Below are positions 47,534-57,896 of a DNA stretch of 64,000 nt, piece by piece; positions within the stretch are counted from its first letter, which is position 1, and the number at the start of each line of letters is the position of its first letter. The DNA lies in contig CAVXLD010000001.1 of the NCBI GenBank assembly GCA_963762565.1, forward strand, positions 736,001-800,000. Direction: 5' to 3'. Both the position numbers and the translations under genes were made by a program. The stretch is from an uncultured Verrucomicrobiae bacterium. Lineage in GTDB: Bacteria > Verrucomicrobiota > Verrucomicrobiia > Chthoniobacterales > JAFAMB01. The notes under the pieces are model-generated. The model was given only the letters and a program-made list of their open reading frames with translations. It was not told the DNA's origin and did no database searches.

Positions 47534-49498
47534 TCACGCCGATTTCCGCCGATAACTCGGAAAACTTACTATTGCCTCCGATTCCTTCTCGCTCTCGGCT
47601 TCCAGGTCGCTGAAACCAATGCCCAGCCGATGGTCTCGATAGAGCGTGATCGCCACGTTCCGATTTACCCGGATGCACTGTTTGATTGCTTCCGGCTCTT
47701 TCTCGCAGAACAGGACGGTCTTCCAGGAGAAGATGTGTTTCGGCTTATGAAAATCGCTATTCGCGACAAACGGTAGCCGCTTTAGCCCGATGGGATTGAA
47801 GATGTCGTCACGATTGGCGACCTCCCAAGCGTCGAGCAGTGGGGCGTACTGGTCGATATGTTCCCAAAAATAGAGCGTGTTTTTCCCCCAGTGAGTCTTG
47901 AATTCATGGGGGTGAGAAGCGATCGCCAAGGCGCCCTGACCGTGAATCTCCGCAATGGTTCGAGTTATACTCAGGCCCGGATCAATCGGGCCTTTCAGAT
48001 CAACCGCTAATAAATGTGCAGAAGACCGCTTGGTCAGCCCATCCTTATTGAACTCAAGACCGCCCATCAGGATCATCCGGTATTTGTCGAGCGCCCTTTT
48101 CTTTTCCTTTTCGATGATGTCGAAGTACTCGGGCACCAGATCCAGAGTCAAAACCAAGCCGCTAAGGTTAGTAACTCTTCCAATCAATCGCGTGTAGTCA
48201 CAAATATGGTCGGTCACGCACAGGACATCAAAACCGCGTTGGCCATAGAAATCGACCAGCTCAGGGATGGTCAACTTGCCATCCGAATAGACCGAATGGG
48301 TATGCAGGTCGCAAAGGAGAATCGAGGGTGATTTTTTCCGGGCCGGCCTGGCAGATTCTATCTTTGGAACCAAAACCTTGCGGTTGGGTTCTGTGACTTC
48401 GAGACTAAGAATAAATCGAGCGATCTGTAAGGAAGCCGCGGGTCGACTCAACTTAGAGACATTTTGCGTCCACCGGGCCAGTACCACACCGCCGTTGGTA
48501 AAGGCATCGTCGAGCGTTTCAACGATGGAGTCCGCATCCGGAGCTAGCTGTCCACAATCGTTTTCTACGATCAACCTGGCGTTACCCTCTTCCTGGCCCG
48601 GCACCACTTGGCTAATCAGTACCGGGGTTCGCGCAGCGATTGCTTCTTGGATCGTCGCCCCACCGGCCTTCGTAATGACCAAGTGGTGACTCGTCAATAG
48701 CTCCGGCATCTTGGTCGTCCACCCTAGAATCTCGACCCGATGGCCAGGCGCCCTGACTTCGGCCTCAATAGCCCGCCGAAGAGCGGTATCGCGACCAACC
48801 GTCACCGTAAGCCGGATATCGTCACGCTTGCTTAGGCGTCTAACAAGAGAAGGAGCCTCTTTTTTGCCCGAGTTGATAAGGTACAAGACCCGTTTCGGCC
48901 CCACGTCTTGGCTCGTAAATCGATGGTCGACCATCTCGGCAAACCGATGAGTAACCGGAAAACCGAAAGTATGGATCCGATCATCGGTTATCCCGGCAGC
49001 CCGCAGAACCGCCGCAGTGTCGTCATTTGCAACAATAAAGTGATCGCTTGCACACCGGTACCAGATCGAATTCACCGTGATCGAATCAGTGACCACCGTG
49101 ATGTGCGTGAAGGCCCGGGGCTCACCGGCCGGCAAAACCTGGTCAATCACATAGCCGTACAGCGGATAGGTGGAAATCACCGCGTCGGGTTCAAACTGGC
49201 GAAGGAGGTCGGCCATCGCTCGTTTGAATCTGATCAGCATGGGCATGTTTGTTTCCACGAACTGCGTCCCATCGATGACATTGTAGATCTTGCCCCAGAC
49301 TCGGGGGGTACGATTGATGGCCGCAATGTAAGCGCGCCGCAAAAATTCGTTCAATCGACCGTAACACCGATCGAACAGATCGATGATCTGGACCCTGACC
49401 TCATTGCCGGCGACAACTTCCAAGGCATCCCGAATGTTTCGAGCTGCCGTGTTATGGCCTTCGCCGAATCCAGCAGTGAAGATCAGAATCTGCTTCAT
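47534..49498 (-). CDS. MGDG-synthase/UgtP-like glycosyltransferase (GT28) fused to a PHP-domain phosphoesterase
   Basis: GFGEGHNTAA, VVTD, ITKAGGAT, PGQEEGNA, then DLHTHSVYSDG, TDH, SHPH, NSDFH. Confidence 0.88.
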   Translation of the reverse strand: MKQILIFTAGFGEGHNTAARNIRDALEVVAGNEVRVQIIDLFDRCYGRLNEFLRRAYIAAINRTPRVWGKIYNVIDGTQFVETNMPMLIRFKRAMADLLRQFEPDAVISTYPLYGYVIDQVLPAGEPRAFTHITVVTDSITVNSIWYRCASDHFIVANDDTAAVLRAAGITDDRIHTFGFPVTHRFAEMVDHRFTSQDVGPKRVLYLINSGKKEAPSLVRRLSKRDDIRLTVTVGRDTALRRAIEAEVRAPGHRVEILGWTTKMPELLTSHHLVITKAGGATIQEAIAARTPVLISQVVPGQEEGNARLIVENDCGQLAPDADSIVETLDDAFTNGGVVLARWTQNVSKLSRPAASLQIARFILSLEVTEPNRKVLVPKIESARPARKKSPSILLCDLHTHSVYSDGKLTIPELVDFYGQRGFDVLCVTDHICDYTRLIGRVTNLSGLVLTLDLVPEYFDIIEKEKKRALDKYRMILMGGLEFNKDGLTKRSSAHLLAVDLKGPIDPGLSITRTIAEIHGQGALAIASHPHEFKTHWGKNTLYFWEHIDQYAPLLDAWEVANRDDIFNPIGLKRLPFVANSDFHKPKHIFSWKTVLFCEKEPEAIKQCIRVNRNVAITLYRDHRLGIGFSDLEAESEKESEAIVSFPSYRRKSA

Positions 49499-49668
49499 GC
49501 GCCGCAAAAAAAAGAAGTCCGGACCGGTTTATGTTTTGGGAGCGGAAATTGTTCGGATATAATAATGAGCCGGTGAGAGTAACTGAATGACCCACTGCCT
49601 TCCAGTGAATTTCGCACAACGCAAGATCAAGCGGGCCATCGGAGAAGGTATCAGCAAAGGAGTAGCCT

Positions 49669-50718
49669 TTGGTTTGTTTTAGCGTGCGAAACCTCAGCCG
49701 CCATTTTCGCAGGAGCTACTTCATACTCGGACTAGCTTGGTTTTTTGCCACCTCATTTTCGCCTGGCCAATCCTCGGACGAGGAGCAGCGCCTGAAGGAA
49801 CTATTCTTGAAGAGCCGGCAGGAAATGCAAATCGTTCCCAGCCCGACTCCTACGCCGAAGGCGACGCCAGTGCCGGCGGCGCCGGCTCACAAACCCTTCC
49901 ATCACCGCGCCAGCGAAAGTGAAACTCCGGCCAACCGATCCGAGGAAAAGTCTGAAGAGAGAAGTGAGCATGCGGCTGAGACGACGAAGCCGACGCCGAT
50001 GCAAACCCCGATACCGGCGCCAACTGAAAAGGTTGAAGAGCCTCCGGCTCGATCAGCGGCAACGCCCAAAGAGGAAAGTTGGGTTGCACCGACCCCAAAG
50101 AAGCGTCACAGCTTCCTCTTTTTCCATTGGGGTTCTGACGACGACGAAATCGTGGTTCAAAAGTCAGGGCGCCAGGGTGAATCCGTTCCGGTCGGACACT
50201 ATAATGGCCGATGGCGATACCTAACTCCGGCTGTGCGACGGGCGATCGATGAAGCGCGTGTCGCCAGGAACCGCTGGAAATATATCGTGGTGCACAACAG
50301 TGGAACCCGCCAAGGAAACGCGAGGATCTTTGACTATTATCACCGGCACGTCAGGCGTATGCCCAATGGGCTTGCCTATCATTTTGTTATTGGAAATGGG
50401 ACCTCATCAGGGGATGGCCAGATCGAGATTGGGAATCGGTGGGTGGTCCAACTCGCCGGCGGACACGTCCACAGCGACTATCTCAATTACATCGCCCTCG
50501 GCATCTGTCTGGTCGGCGATTTCAATCGCGATCTCCCCACCAGAGCGCAATACGACGCCTTGGACGAGCTGATCCGGTATCTTCGACAGCGAGTCGGCAA
50601 AATCGACGGACACTACTCGATTGTCCTAGGTCACAAAGAGATAAATCCGGTGCCAACGGATTGCCCTGGCAATCGTTTCCCTCTTAATTGGCTGCATCGG
50701 ACTTTTCCTAACAATTAA
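49669..50718 (+). CDS. N-acetylmuramoyl-L-alanine amidase (Amidase_2/PGRP-like) with Pro-rich linker
   Basis: YIVVHNS, LAYHFVI, GGHV, LGICLVGDF, GHKEI..TDCPG. Confidence 0.88.
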   Translation: MVCFSVRNLSRHFRRSYFILGLAWFFATSFSPGQSSDEEQRLKELFLKSRQEMQIVPSPTPTPKATPVPAAPAHKPFHHRASESETPANRSEEKSEERSEHAAETTKPTPMQTPIPAPTEKVEEPPARSAATPKEESWVAPTPKKRHSFLFFHWGSDDDEIVVQKSGRQGESVPVGHYNGRWRYLTPAVRRAIDEARVARNRWKYIVVHNSGTRQGNARIFDYYHRHVRRMPNGLAYHFVIGNGTSSGDGQIEIGNRWVVQLAGGHVHSDYLNYIALGICLVGDFNRDLPTRAQYDALDELIRYLRQRVGKIDGHYSIVLGHKEINPVPTDCPGNRFPLNWLHRTFPNN

Positions 50719-50730
50719 GCAAGCCCTCCG

Positions 50731-50818
50731 GAAATGACAGATGACAGAATAACAAATGACAGATTCCGCGTCAGGGGAAAACCTCATTTGTCATTTGGCA
50801 TCTGTAATTTGTCATTTC
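50731..50818. repeat. Inverted heptamer cassette (ATGACAA/ATGACAG vs TTGTCAT)
   Basis: About four heptamers per arm around a short spacer. Same family at 53325-53405. Confidence 0.85.
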
Positions 50819-50855
50819 TATGGGCTTGGGATATTGAATCCGCTACCATCGTAAA

Positions 50856-51746
50856 ATGGAGATCGGCCTAACCGGAGCCTCGGGTTTTCTAGGTAGGCAA
50901 ATTATCGATCAAGCCGTTGCCAGCGGTTGCAAGGTGGTCGCTTTCTCGCGAAATCCACATCACCCAGTGCCGGGTTGTGTCCGAACGGAATCGTTCAGCC
51001 CGGGGCTACATCTCAATGGTCTGAGCGCGGTCGTTCATCTGGCTGGAGAATCGATTTTCGGCCTTTGGACCAAGGCAAAGAAAGACCGCATCCTCCATAG
51101 CCGGGTGGAAGGAACCCGCTGGATCGTCAAAGCGATCCAAGGTGCACCTGACCCTCCCAAGGTGTTAGTGTGTGCCTCCGCCATTGGGATTTACGGAGAC
51201 CGCGGCGAGGAAGAGCTAACCGAAAGGCACACGGCTGGGACAGGAGCGTTTCTCACCGAGGTGAGTCGGGCTTGGGAGGCTGAAACCCAAGGAGCGACTG
51301 CCGCCGGCACTCGGGTCGTCAGCATTCGCACCGCGTTAGTGCTCGGGGAAAAAGGTCCGTTGGCTCTAATGCAGCCGGTTTTTAGTCTCGGACTCGGAGG
51401 CCGGTTCGGGAAAGGCGACCAGTGGATGTCGTGGGTCCATATTCGCGACATCGCAAATATCTTCCTGTACGCAATCCAAACAGACTCCCTATCCGGACCA
51501 GTGAATGGCGCAGCGCCTAATCCGGTTCGAAACAGTGAATTCACTCAGGTCTTGGGGACGATGTTTAACAAATCCACGGTCTGTACAGTCCCGTCATTCG
51601 TTTTGAGGACAGTATTTCCCGAGCAATCCACATTGGTGCTCGATAGCCAGAGAGTGATCCCGGAAAAACTTCTGGCTTCTGGCTACCAGTTCCAATTTCC
51701 GTTTTTGGACGGGGCACTAAAGGATCTGGTCAAGCCGAAGAGCTGA
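50856..51746 (+). CDS. TIGR01777/YfcH-like NAD-dependent epimerase family protein
   Basis: TGASGFLG, VVHLAGE, SRVEGT, ASAIGIYG, GDQWMSWVHI, GPVN..APNPV.N. Confidence 0.92.
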   Translation: MEIGLTGASGFLGRQIIDQAVASGCKVVAFSRNPHHPVPGCVRTESFSPGLHLNGLSAVVHLAGESIFGLWTKAKKDRILHSRVEGTRWIVKAIQGAPDPPKVLVCASAIGIYGDRGEEELTERHTAGTGAFLTEVSRAWEAETQGATAAGTRVVSIRTALVLGEKGPLALMQPVFSLGLGGRFGKGDQWMSWVHIRDIANIFLYAIQTDSLSGPVNGAAPNPVRNSEFTQVLGTMFNKSTVCTVPSFVLRTVFPEQSTLVLDSQRVIPEKLLASGYQFQFPFLDGALKDLVKPKS

Positions 51747-52226
51747 GTAGGGGTGGCCACCCGTGGAGCGTTGCCTCGCTTGCGAGGCCGTTCTCGCCGT
51801 CGCCCTCGACAGGCGGGTGGCGCGTCAATGCAATGCTCGACTACCCAGCGCCTGGAGGGGAGCCGCTTTGGCGTTCATCTCTCCGCCCTCGCGAATTTCG
51901 TCGCAACCCTCATCCGGCCGAAACTCGCAAAAACAGGCGGCTCCCGGGAACGACCGAGCGGTTCGTAGCTCTACGGCCGGGTGTAAACGAGTTGAGCCAA
52001 GGGCAAATCATCGCGCTGGATTATTCGCGGGAGCCGCGTGTTGCGACATTTCGTGGTCGGATGAAGCACTGAAACAAATATTGCGAGGTCGTCTGTTACG
52101 CACCAAAGCGGCTCCCCTCCATGCGTTGGGAACAAACATACGTTGTCAACGGGCCACGCTTTTCGAGGACGAGAACGGCCCCGCAAGCGAGGCAGCGGTA
52201 CACGGGTCGCGACCCTTCGCCCTACC
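51747..52226. repeat. Outer REP doublet enclosing copy C
   Basis: GTAGGG..ACCCGTGGAGCGTTGCCTCGCTTGCGAGGCCGTTCTCG pairs with CGAGAACGGCCCCGCAAGCGAGGCAGCGGTACACGGGT..CCCTAC. Confidence 0.75.
51854..52120. mobile_element. GGAGGGGAGCCGC element, copy C (long subfamily)
   Basis: Colinear with copies A and B. Confidence 0.8.
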
Positions 52227-52229
52227 AAC

Positions 52230-53276
52230 TTACACCAGCTCTCGAAGCGACTCCTTTAATGCTTCGATCCCTTCGTTCTTCTCAGCAGAAATGGGAACGA
52301 TCTTCCGCTCGGGGAATCGCTGTTTTAGCGCACTGAGGTTTTGTTTCGCTTCGGACAAATCCATTTTGTTAGCCACAATTACCCACGGCCGCCGGCTCAG
52401 CAGAGGGTCATATAAGTCTAGCTCCCGTCGCAGCGTCTGCAGATCGTTGATAGTATCCCGTCCCTCACTACCGGCGGTGTCCACGACGAAAACCAGCAGT
52501 TTGCACCGAACAATATGCCTCAGGAAATCGTGCCCTAGCCCGACGTTGCGATGGGCGCCCTCAATCAATCCAGGGATGTCAGCCACCGTTAGCCGGCGAT
52601 AATCATTAAACTCAACAACACCCACGATCGGATTTAACGTTGTGAACGGATAGGGAGCTACCTTGGGGTGGGCTGCGGATAATTTTCCTAAGAGGGTGGA
52701 TTTGCCGGCATTGGGATATCCCACCAAACCGACGTCTGCGATAGTTCTGAGCTCTAAAAGGAAATCGCCTTCCTCGCCTGAGTCGCCCGGAGTGGATTGT
52801 CGCGGTACACGATTGCGTGAACTCTTGAAATGGGTATTGCCCTTTCCTCCAGCGCCGCCTCGACAGAGAACGAACCTTTGGCCTGGATCAGCTAGATCCG
52901 CTAACATTTCGTGGGCTGAAGAGGCTTCAGTTGCCTCGCCCTGCGTCGATTCACCGTTTCCGGAATCATTGGTCCTGGATGAATAGCGATACGCTACCGT
53001 GCCCACAGGTACCTTAAAGACCGCGTCTGCTGCCGCCCTCCCATACATATCTTTGCCCATTCCATTTTGGCCTGACTTCGCTCGAAGGAGGGGCCGGTAA
53101 AAGAAATCCACCAGGTTGTCAGTCTGAACGTCCGTTTCCAGGATAATGTCTCCTCCCCTTCCGCCGTCTCCCCCGTCAGGGCCGCCCTTGGGCACAAATT
53201 TTTCCCGACGGAAACTGACACAGCCATCGCCGCCGTCTCCGGCCTTTGCGTGGATTTTTATGCGATCGACAAACAT
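52230..53276 (-). CDS. obgE: GTPase ObgE/CgtA
   Basis: MFVD...GDGGDG..SFRREKFVPKGGPDGGDGGRGG, GYPNAGKST, YPFTT, DIPG, NKMD, ISA. Confidence 0.97.
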   Translation of the reverse strand: MFVDRIKIHAKAGDGGDGCVSFRREKFVPKGGPDGGDGGRGGDIILETDVQTDNLVDFFYRPLLRAKSGQNGMGKDMYGRAAADAVFKVPVGTVAYRYSSRTNDSGNGESTQGEATEASSAHEMLADLADPGQRFVLCRGGAGGKGNTHFKSSRNRVPRQSTPGDSGEEGDFLLELRTIADVGLVGYPNAGKSTLLGKLSAAHPKVAPYPFTTLNPIVGVVEFNDYRRLTVADIPGLIEGAHRNVGLGHDFLRHIVRCKLLVFVVDTAGSEGRDTINDLQTLRRELDLYDPLLSRRPWVIVANKMDLSEAKQNLSALKQRFPERKIVPISAEKNEGIEALKESLRELV

Positions 53277-53324
53277 CAGACTGAATACCTCACACTTACT
53301 GCCAGGAGCCCTAGAGACCATCAG

Positions 53325-53405
53325 AATGACAAATGACAAATGACAGATGACAAATAGCCGGTCCCGGCCACATATTTGTCATGTGTCATTTGTCATCTGT
53401 CATTT
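53325..53405. repeat. Inverted heptamer cassette (ATGACAA family)
   Basis: AATGACAAATGACAAATGACAGATGACAAAT / ATTTGTCATGTGTCATTTGTCATCTGTCATT. Confidence 0.85.
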
Positions 53406-53416
53406 CTCATCCACTC

Positions 53417-54619
53417 CTAGCCAATCAATTCCTCATAGAGTTGCTTCGTTTGGTGGGCGATCGCCCCCCAACTGAACTTGTCGACTGCTCGTTTTCGGCC
53501 GGCCTCCCCGAATCGACGCCTTAGTTCCGGATCTCTCATTAATACGTTAATTTTGAACGCCAGATCATGAGAAAAGGTGTCCGGGTCAAGCGGCTCAAAC
53601 GGGCTCTCCTGCATTTGCTCGAGTGGCACCAAAAATCCGGTCTCACCGTCGACAACAACCTCTTTGATGCCACCAACCGCACTCGCCACCACGGGCGTCT
53701 CACAGGCCATCGCTTCCAGATTAATGATTCCAAAAGGCTCATAGATGGATGGGCAACAGAAAACGGCGGCGTGGCTGTAAAGTTGGTAAACAGCCGACTT
53801 GGGAACCATGCTATCGATCCAGACGACGTGAGAATTCTGAGTCCGAGCCGCTTCGACCGCCCGCAACATTTCGGCTGCAATTTCGGGGGTATCAGGAGCA
53901 CCAGCGCAAAGAACCACCTGGATGTCCGGGTCCAAATAACGTATTGCGCGTACGAGGTGGATGATCCCTTTCTGACGCGCAATCCTGCCTACGAACAGAA
54001 CGTATGGCTTGGTCATGTCGACCCCGTACTGCTTCAAAGCACTAGTTTCAGTAGTCGGCCTGTATTCGTCAGGATCGATTCCATTATAGATAATTCGGAC
54101 GCGGTTCTCATCCACGTTGAACAAGCGCATAACGTCCGTCTTTGTCCCCTGTGACACTGCAATGACCGCGTCGGCCATCTCGATCGCCGTCTTTTCCACC
54201 CAACTACTGAAATCGTAGCCATGGCCAAGCTGTTCTCGTTTCCAGGGCCTCAAAGGTTCTAAAGAATGAATCGTGATAACCAACGGGATCCCGTAGTTCA
54301 GCTTGGCCAAAATTCCCCCGAAATGAGTGTACCAGGTATGGCAATGAACAATGTCGGCGTCGGTACCGGCGGTATTGAAGTCCGTACACCTGCGCACTGC
54401 GCCAAATATCGAGACTAGATTTTTCGGGCACTGAAACGAGGACGTGTCCAGGGCGAAGCCCCGCACGCGCAAGTTGACCTCATCCGAGCGTTGATCGCCG
54501 AACGCTCTCACATCAACCTGCATGAGCTTAGCTAACTCGCGACTGAGATAATCAACATGGACCCCGGCGCCTCCATACGTAGATGGGGGGTATTCGTTTG
54601 TGAGGAGGAGCGTTTTCAT
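53417..54619 (-). CDS. glgA: GT4 glycogen synthase-like glucosyltransferase (actinobacterial GlgA/GlgM type)
   Basis: LTNEYPP..YGGAGVHV, HCHTWY, HSLEPLRPWKREQLG, FVGRI.RQKG, PSIYEPFGIINLEA. Confidence 0.88.
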   Translation of the reverse strand: MKTLLLTNEYPPSTYGGAGVHVDYLSRELAKLMQVDVRAFGDQRSDEVNLRVRGFALDTSSFQCPKNLVSIFGAVRRCTDFNTAGTDADIVHCHTWYTHFGGILAKLNYGIPLVITIHSLEPLRPWKREQLGHGYDFSSWVEKTAIEMADAVIAVSQGTKTDVMRLFNVDENRVRIIYNGIDPDEYRPTTETSALKQYGVDMTKPYVLFVGRIARQKGIIHLVRAIRYLDPDIQVVLCAGAPDTPEIAAEMLRAVEAARTQNSHVVWIDSMVPKSAVYQLYSHAAVFCCPSIYEPFGIINLEAMACETPVVASAVGGIKEVVVDGETGFLVPLEQMQESPFEPLDPDTFSHDLAFKINVLMRDPELRRRFGEAGRKRAVDKFSWGAIAHQTKQLYEELIG

Positions 54620-54625
54620 AGCCTT

Positions 54626-54737
54626 GGACTCGCCTGAAGCTCGCCCAGGAATAGCCAATAGCCAATAGCCAAAAGGTAGCTTCAATCGGCTATTGGCTAT
54701 CGGCTATTGACGATGCGGACGAGCCTGAGGCGAGTCC
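54626..54737. repeat. Nested palindrome: GGACTCGCCT outer arms, AATAGCC heptamer inner arms
   Basis: The hairpin leaves only 6 nt to the hppA stop and 6 nt to the glgA start. Confidence 0.8.
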
Positions 54738-54743
54738 GCTGGT

Positions 54744-56825
54744 TTACCTGAAGATAATCGGGATGATTAGAATCGCGACGATGTTTGCGACCTTGATCAT
54801 CGGATTGATGGCAGGACCGGCGGTATCCTTATACGGGTCGCCCACTGTATCACCGGTTACAGCGGCCTGATGAGCGGGAGATCCTTTGCCGCCGTGCGCG
54901 CCATCTTCAATCAACTTCTTCGCGTTGTCCCAAGCACCACCGCCTGAGGTCATTGAGATCGCAACGAAAAGGCCGGTCACAATTGTCCCGACCAGAACTC
55001 CTCCGAGGACCATCGGACCGAGGAAAGCTGCTGCTATCACAAAAATCACGGGCAACAGCGCAGGGACAACCATCTCCCGCAGAGCGGCCTTGGTCACGAT
55101 ATCAACGCAGGCTCCGTACTCGGGATCAGCAGTGCCATTGAGAATACCCGGCTTGGCTTGTAGCTGACGGCGGACCTCCTTGACGACGGCGCCGGCTGTC
55201 TTTCCTACTGCTTCCATACTGAGCGCGCTGAAAAGAAAGGGCAGCAACCCGCCAATGAAAAGACCAATAATGATTTGAGGCCGCTCAAGCGAAAAATCCA
55301 ACCCGTTTAAGGCATCGCTGCTGCCGTGACTAAAATGGGCTCTCAGCTCAGCAACATACGAGCCGAATAAGACGAGCGCAGCCAGCCCGGCCGAAGCGAT
55401 CGCGTAGCCTTTAGTGACCGCTTTCATGGTATTGCCTATTGCATCAAGGTTGTCAGTGACAAGTCGCGTCTCCTTTGGCATATCGCTCATCACCGCCACT
55501 CCGCCGGCGTTATCGGTGATGGGACCGAACGCGTCCAAAGAGATGATAATTCCCGCCATCGAAAGCATGCTAGTGACGGCCACCGCCACCCCGTAAAGAC
55601 CGGCAGCCGCATAACTGAGCAAAATGGCCAACGAGATACATACCACCGGCAAAGCCGTAGCCTGTTGACCGAGGGCCAGCCCGGCGATGATGTTGGTAGC
55701 ATGTCCGGTCTCGGACGCTTGCGCGATCTTCTTAACCGGAGAGCACTCTTTGGATGTATAATAGTTGGTGATGACAACGATCAGACCCGTCATCGCTAAT
55801 CCGACCAGAGCGGCAAGGTAGATTTGGAATGAGCTGTGAGTCTGGTCACCGATCTTGAAGCTGCCTGGGAATAGGAAGGTTGTAACCGGTAGATAAAGAA
55901 TTGCTGAAACGACCCCGCTGGCGACCACCGCTTCGACCAGCACTCGACCCGGAGCCGTCTTTCTTTTGTTTACATAGAAGATCCCCGCGATTGCTCCGAT
56001 TACCGATATCCCGCCTAAAAGAAAGGGGTAGATCACGGCTTCAGGGACCTCTTTGAGAGTGAGGAAACCGACCAGCATCGCTCCAATAATACTGATGGCG
56101 TAGGTTTCAAAGACGTCTGCAGCCATGCCGGCACAGTCGCCCACGTTATCCCCGACGTTATCCGCGATCGTGGCGGGGTTGCGCGGATCATCTTCGTCCA
56201 AATTGCTCTCTATTTTGCCGACTAGATCCGCACCGACATCGGCCGCCTTTGTATAGATACCGCCTCCCAGACGAGCAAAGACGCTGATCAAACTCGCACC
56301 CAACGCTAGTCCGACCAAACTACTGATTGCCCTATCCAATCCAAAGATCTGCTCACCCACCAAAAAAAAGATCCCTACTGAAAGCAATCCTAACCCTACC
56401 ACCAATAGCCCGGTAACGGCTCCTCCATTGAAGGCTACCCGCAACGCACCTTCGGTTGAAGTGGTTGCCGCTTGAGCCGTACGACAGTTCGAGATGACTG
56501 CTATCCGCATCCCGATATACCCCGCGGCCATCGAGCAGCATGCGCCAATCAGAAATCCGAGTGCCGTAAAAAAATCTCGGGTAAACCCGAGCACGAAAAA
56601 GATCACCACGGCTATAATGCTAACCGTGAAAATTTGGCGATTCAGATAGGCCTTGGCTCCCTCTTCGATGGCGCCCGCAATCCGGCGCATGGTTTCGTTC
56701 CCAGGCGAATAGCCAATGATCATCTTGATCAGATACGTCGCTGCTCCTAGCCCAATTACAGCGCAAATTAAGGAAATCCAGATTCCAATGCCGAGGGGGG
56801 AAGTGGCTAAGGAAGTAGCAATCAT
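54744..56825 (-). CDS. hppA: Membrane-bound H+-translocating pyrophosphatase, probably K+-independent
   Basis: [68 protein letters not shown] carries Lys at the K+-dependence determinant. Confidence 0.93.
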   Translation of the reverse strand: MIATSLATSPLGIGIWISLICAVIGLGAATYLIKMIIGYSPGNETMRRIAGAIEEGAKAYLNRQIFTVSIIAVVIFFVLGFTRDFFTALGFLIGACCSMAAGYIGMRIAVISNCRTAQAATTSTEGALRVAFNGGAVTGLLVVGLGLLSVGIFFLVGEQIFGLDRAISSLVGLALGASLISVFARLGGGIYTKAADVGADLVGKIESNLDEDDPRNPATIADNVGDNVGDCAGMAADVFETYAISIIGAMLVGFLTLKEVPEAVIYPFLLGGISVIGAIAGIFYVNKRKTAPGRVLVEAVVASGVVSAILYLPVTTFLFPGSFKIGDQTHSSFQIYLAALVGLAMTGLIVVITNYYTSKECSPVKKIAQASETGHATNIIAGLALGQQATALPVVCISLAILLSYAAAGLYGVAVAVTSMLSMAGIIISLDAFGPITDNAGGVAVMSDMPKETRLVTDNLDAIGNTMKAVTKGYAIASAGLAALVLFGSYVAELRAHFSHGSSDALNGLDFSLERPQIIIGLFIGGLLPFLFSALSMEAVGKTAGAVVKEVRRQLQAKPGILNGTADPEYGACVDIVTKAALREMVVPALLPVIFVIAAAFLGPMVLGGVLVGTIVTGLFVAISMTSGGGAWDNAKKLIEDGAHGGKGSPAHQAAVTGDTVGDPYKDTAGPAINPMIKVANIVAILIIPIIFR

Positions 56826-56989
56826 AGGGGTAGGTATAAGGGAACAACAGATGCGCAGGGTGCGACATTTTTGCAACCTGAACTAATAGTCGAGAACAAC
56901 TTTTTAGAGAGAAGTTCGGTTTTTTGTTGAAAGCCTATCAACTTTGGCTGTCCGTCGGGGAGGTTATGGGCGGGGAGGGAGAGGAGTTT

Positions 56990-57883
56990 TTATTCCATCA
57001 ATGCGGCCACGATCGCCTTCTGCGCGTGCAAGCGGTTTTCAGCTTGCTCAAAAATGGTGTCGGCATGCGCCTCAAAAACCGCTTCGGTGATTTCTTTCCC
57101 CCGATAGGCAGGTAAACAGTGCATCACCAACGCTCCAGGTTGCGCAACCCCTAGTAACTCTTCGTTGATTTGATAAGGAGCGAACTCCGCTAAACGGTCC
57201 TGCAGCTCCGTCTCTTTGCCCATGCTCACCCAGACGTCCGTGTAGAGCACGTCAGCTCCGGCAGCAGCATCCTTAGGCGATTCGGTAAAAACTATTTTTC
57301 GGCTTTTCAGTTTAGAACGCACCTCTTCGCCCAATGCATATTTGATTGGAGCGGCAATCCTAAGCTCAAAACCAAGGTGTTCAGCCGCCCACGCCCAAGA
57401 CCGGGCTATATTGCAGTCGCCATCGCCAACAAAACAAACCTTGATATCGTGTAGCTCTCTGCGCTCAGAGATCGTAAAAAGATCAGCCACGATCTGACAA
57501 GGATGCTCTTGATCCGTCAAGGCGTTGATAGTGGGCACCTGGCTGAATTTAGCAAAATCCTCTACATCATGTTGGGCGAACGTCCGGATCACGGCGCCGT
57601 GTATCATTCTGGCGAGAACCCGGGCTGTATCCTTGATTGGCTCCCCGCGTCCGAGTTGAATGTCCTGCTGGGCCAAAAACAAAACCCGAGCACCCAATTC
57701 CTGGAGACCGACCTCAAAACTGATTCTGGTCCGAGTAGACGGTTTGCTAAACATCAAGACCCAGCTTTGATCTGCAAGCAGATCTGAGCCGTAACGCCGG
57801 TCCGCCTTAAAAGTCTGCGAACTGCTCAGCAGTGCGAGAATGTCCTTCTGATGACACTCCTCGATTGAAAGGAAATGCTTCAT
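56990..57883 (-). CDS. argF: Ornithine carbamoyltransferase
   Basis: PSTRTR, HPCQ, YTDVWVSMG, MHCLP, EQAENRLH. Confidence 0.96.
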   Translation of the reverse strand: MKHFLSIEECHQKDILALLSSSQTFKADRRYGSDLLADQSWVLMFSKPSTRTRISFEVGLQELGARVLFLAQQDIQLGRGEPIKDTARVLARMIHGAVIRTFAQHDVEDFAKFSQVPTINALTDQEHPCQIVADLFTISERRELHDIKVCFVGDGDCNIARSWAWAAEHLGFELRIAAPIKYALGEEVRSKLKSRKIVFTESPKDAAAGADVLYTDVWVSMGKETELQDRLAEFAPYQINEELLGVAQPGALVMHCLPAYRGKEITEAVFEAHADTIFEQAENRLHAQKAIVAALME

Positions 57884-57896
57884 AACCGGGTTGAAC

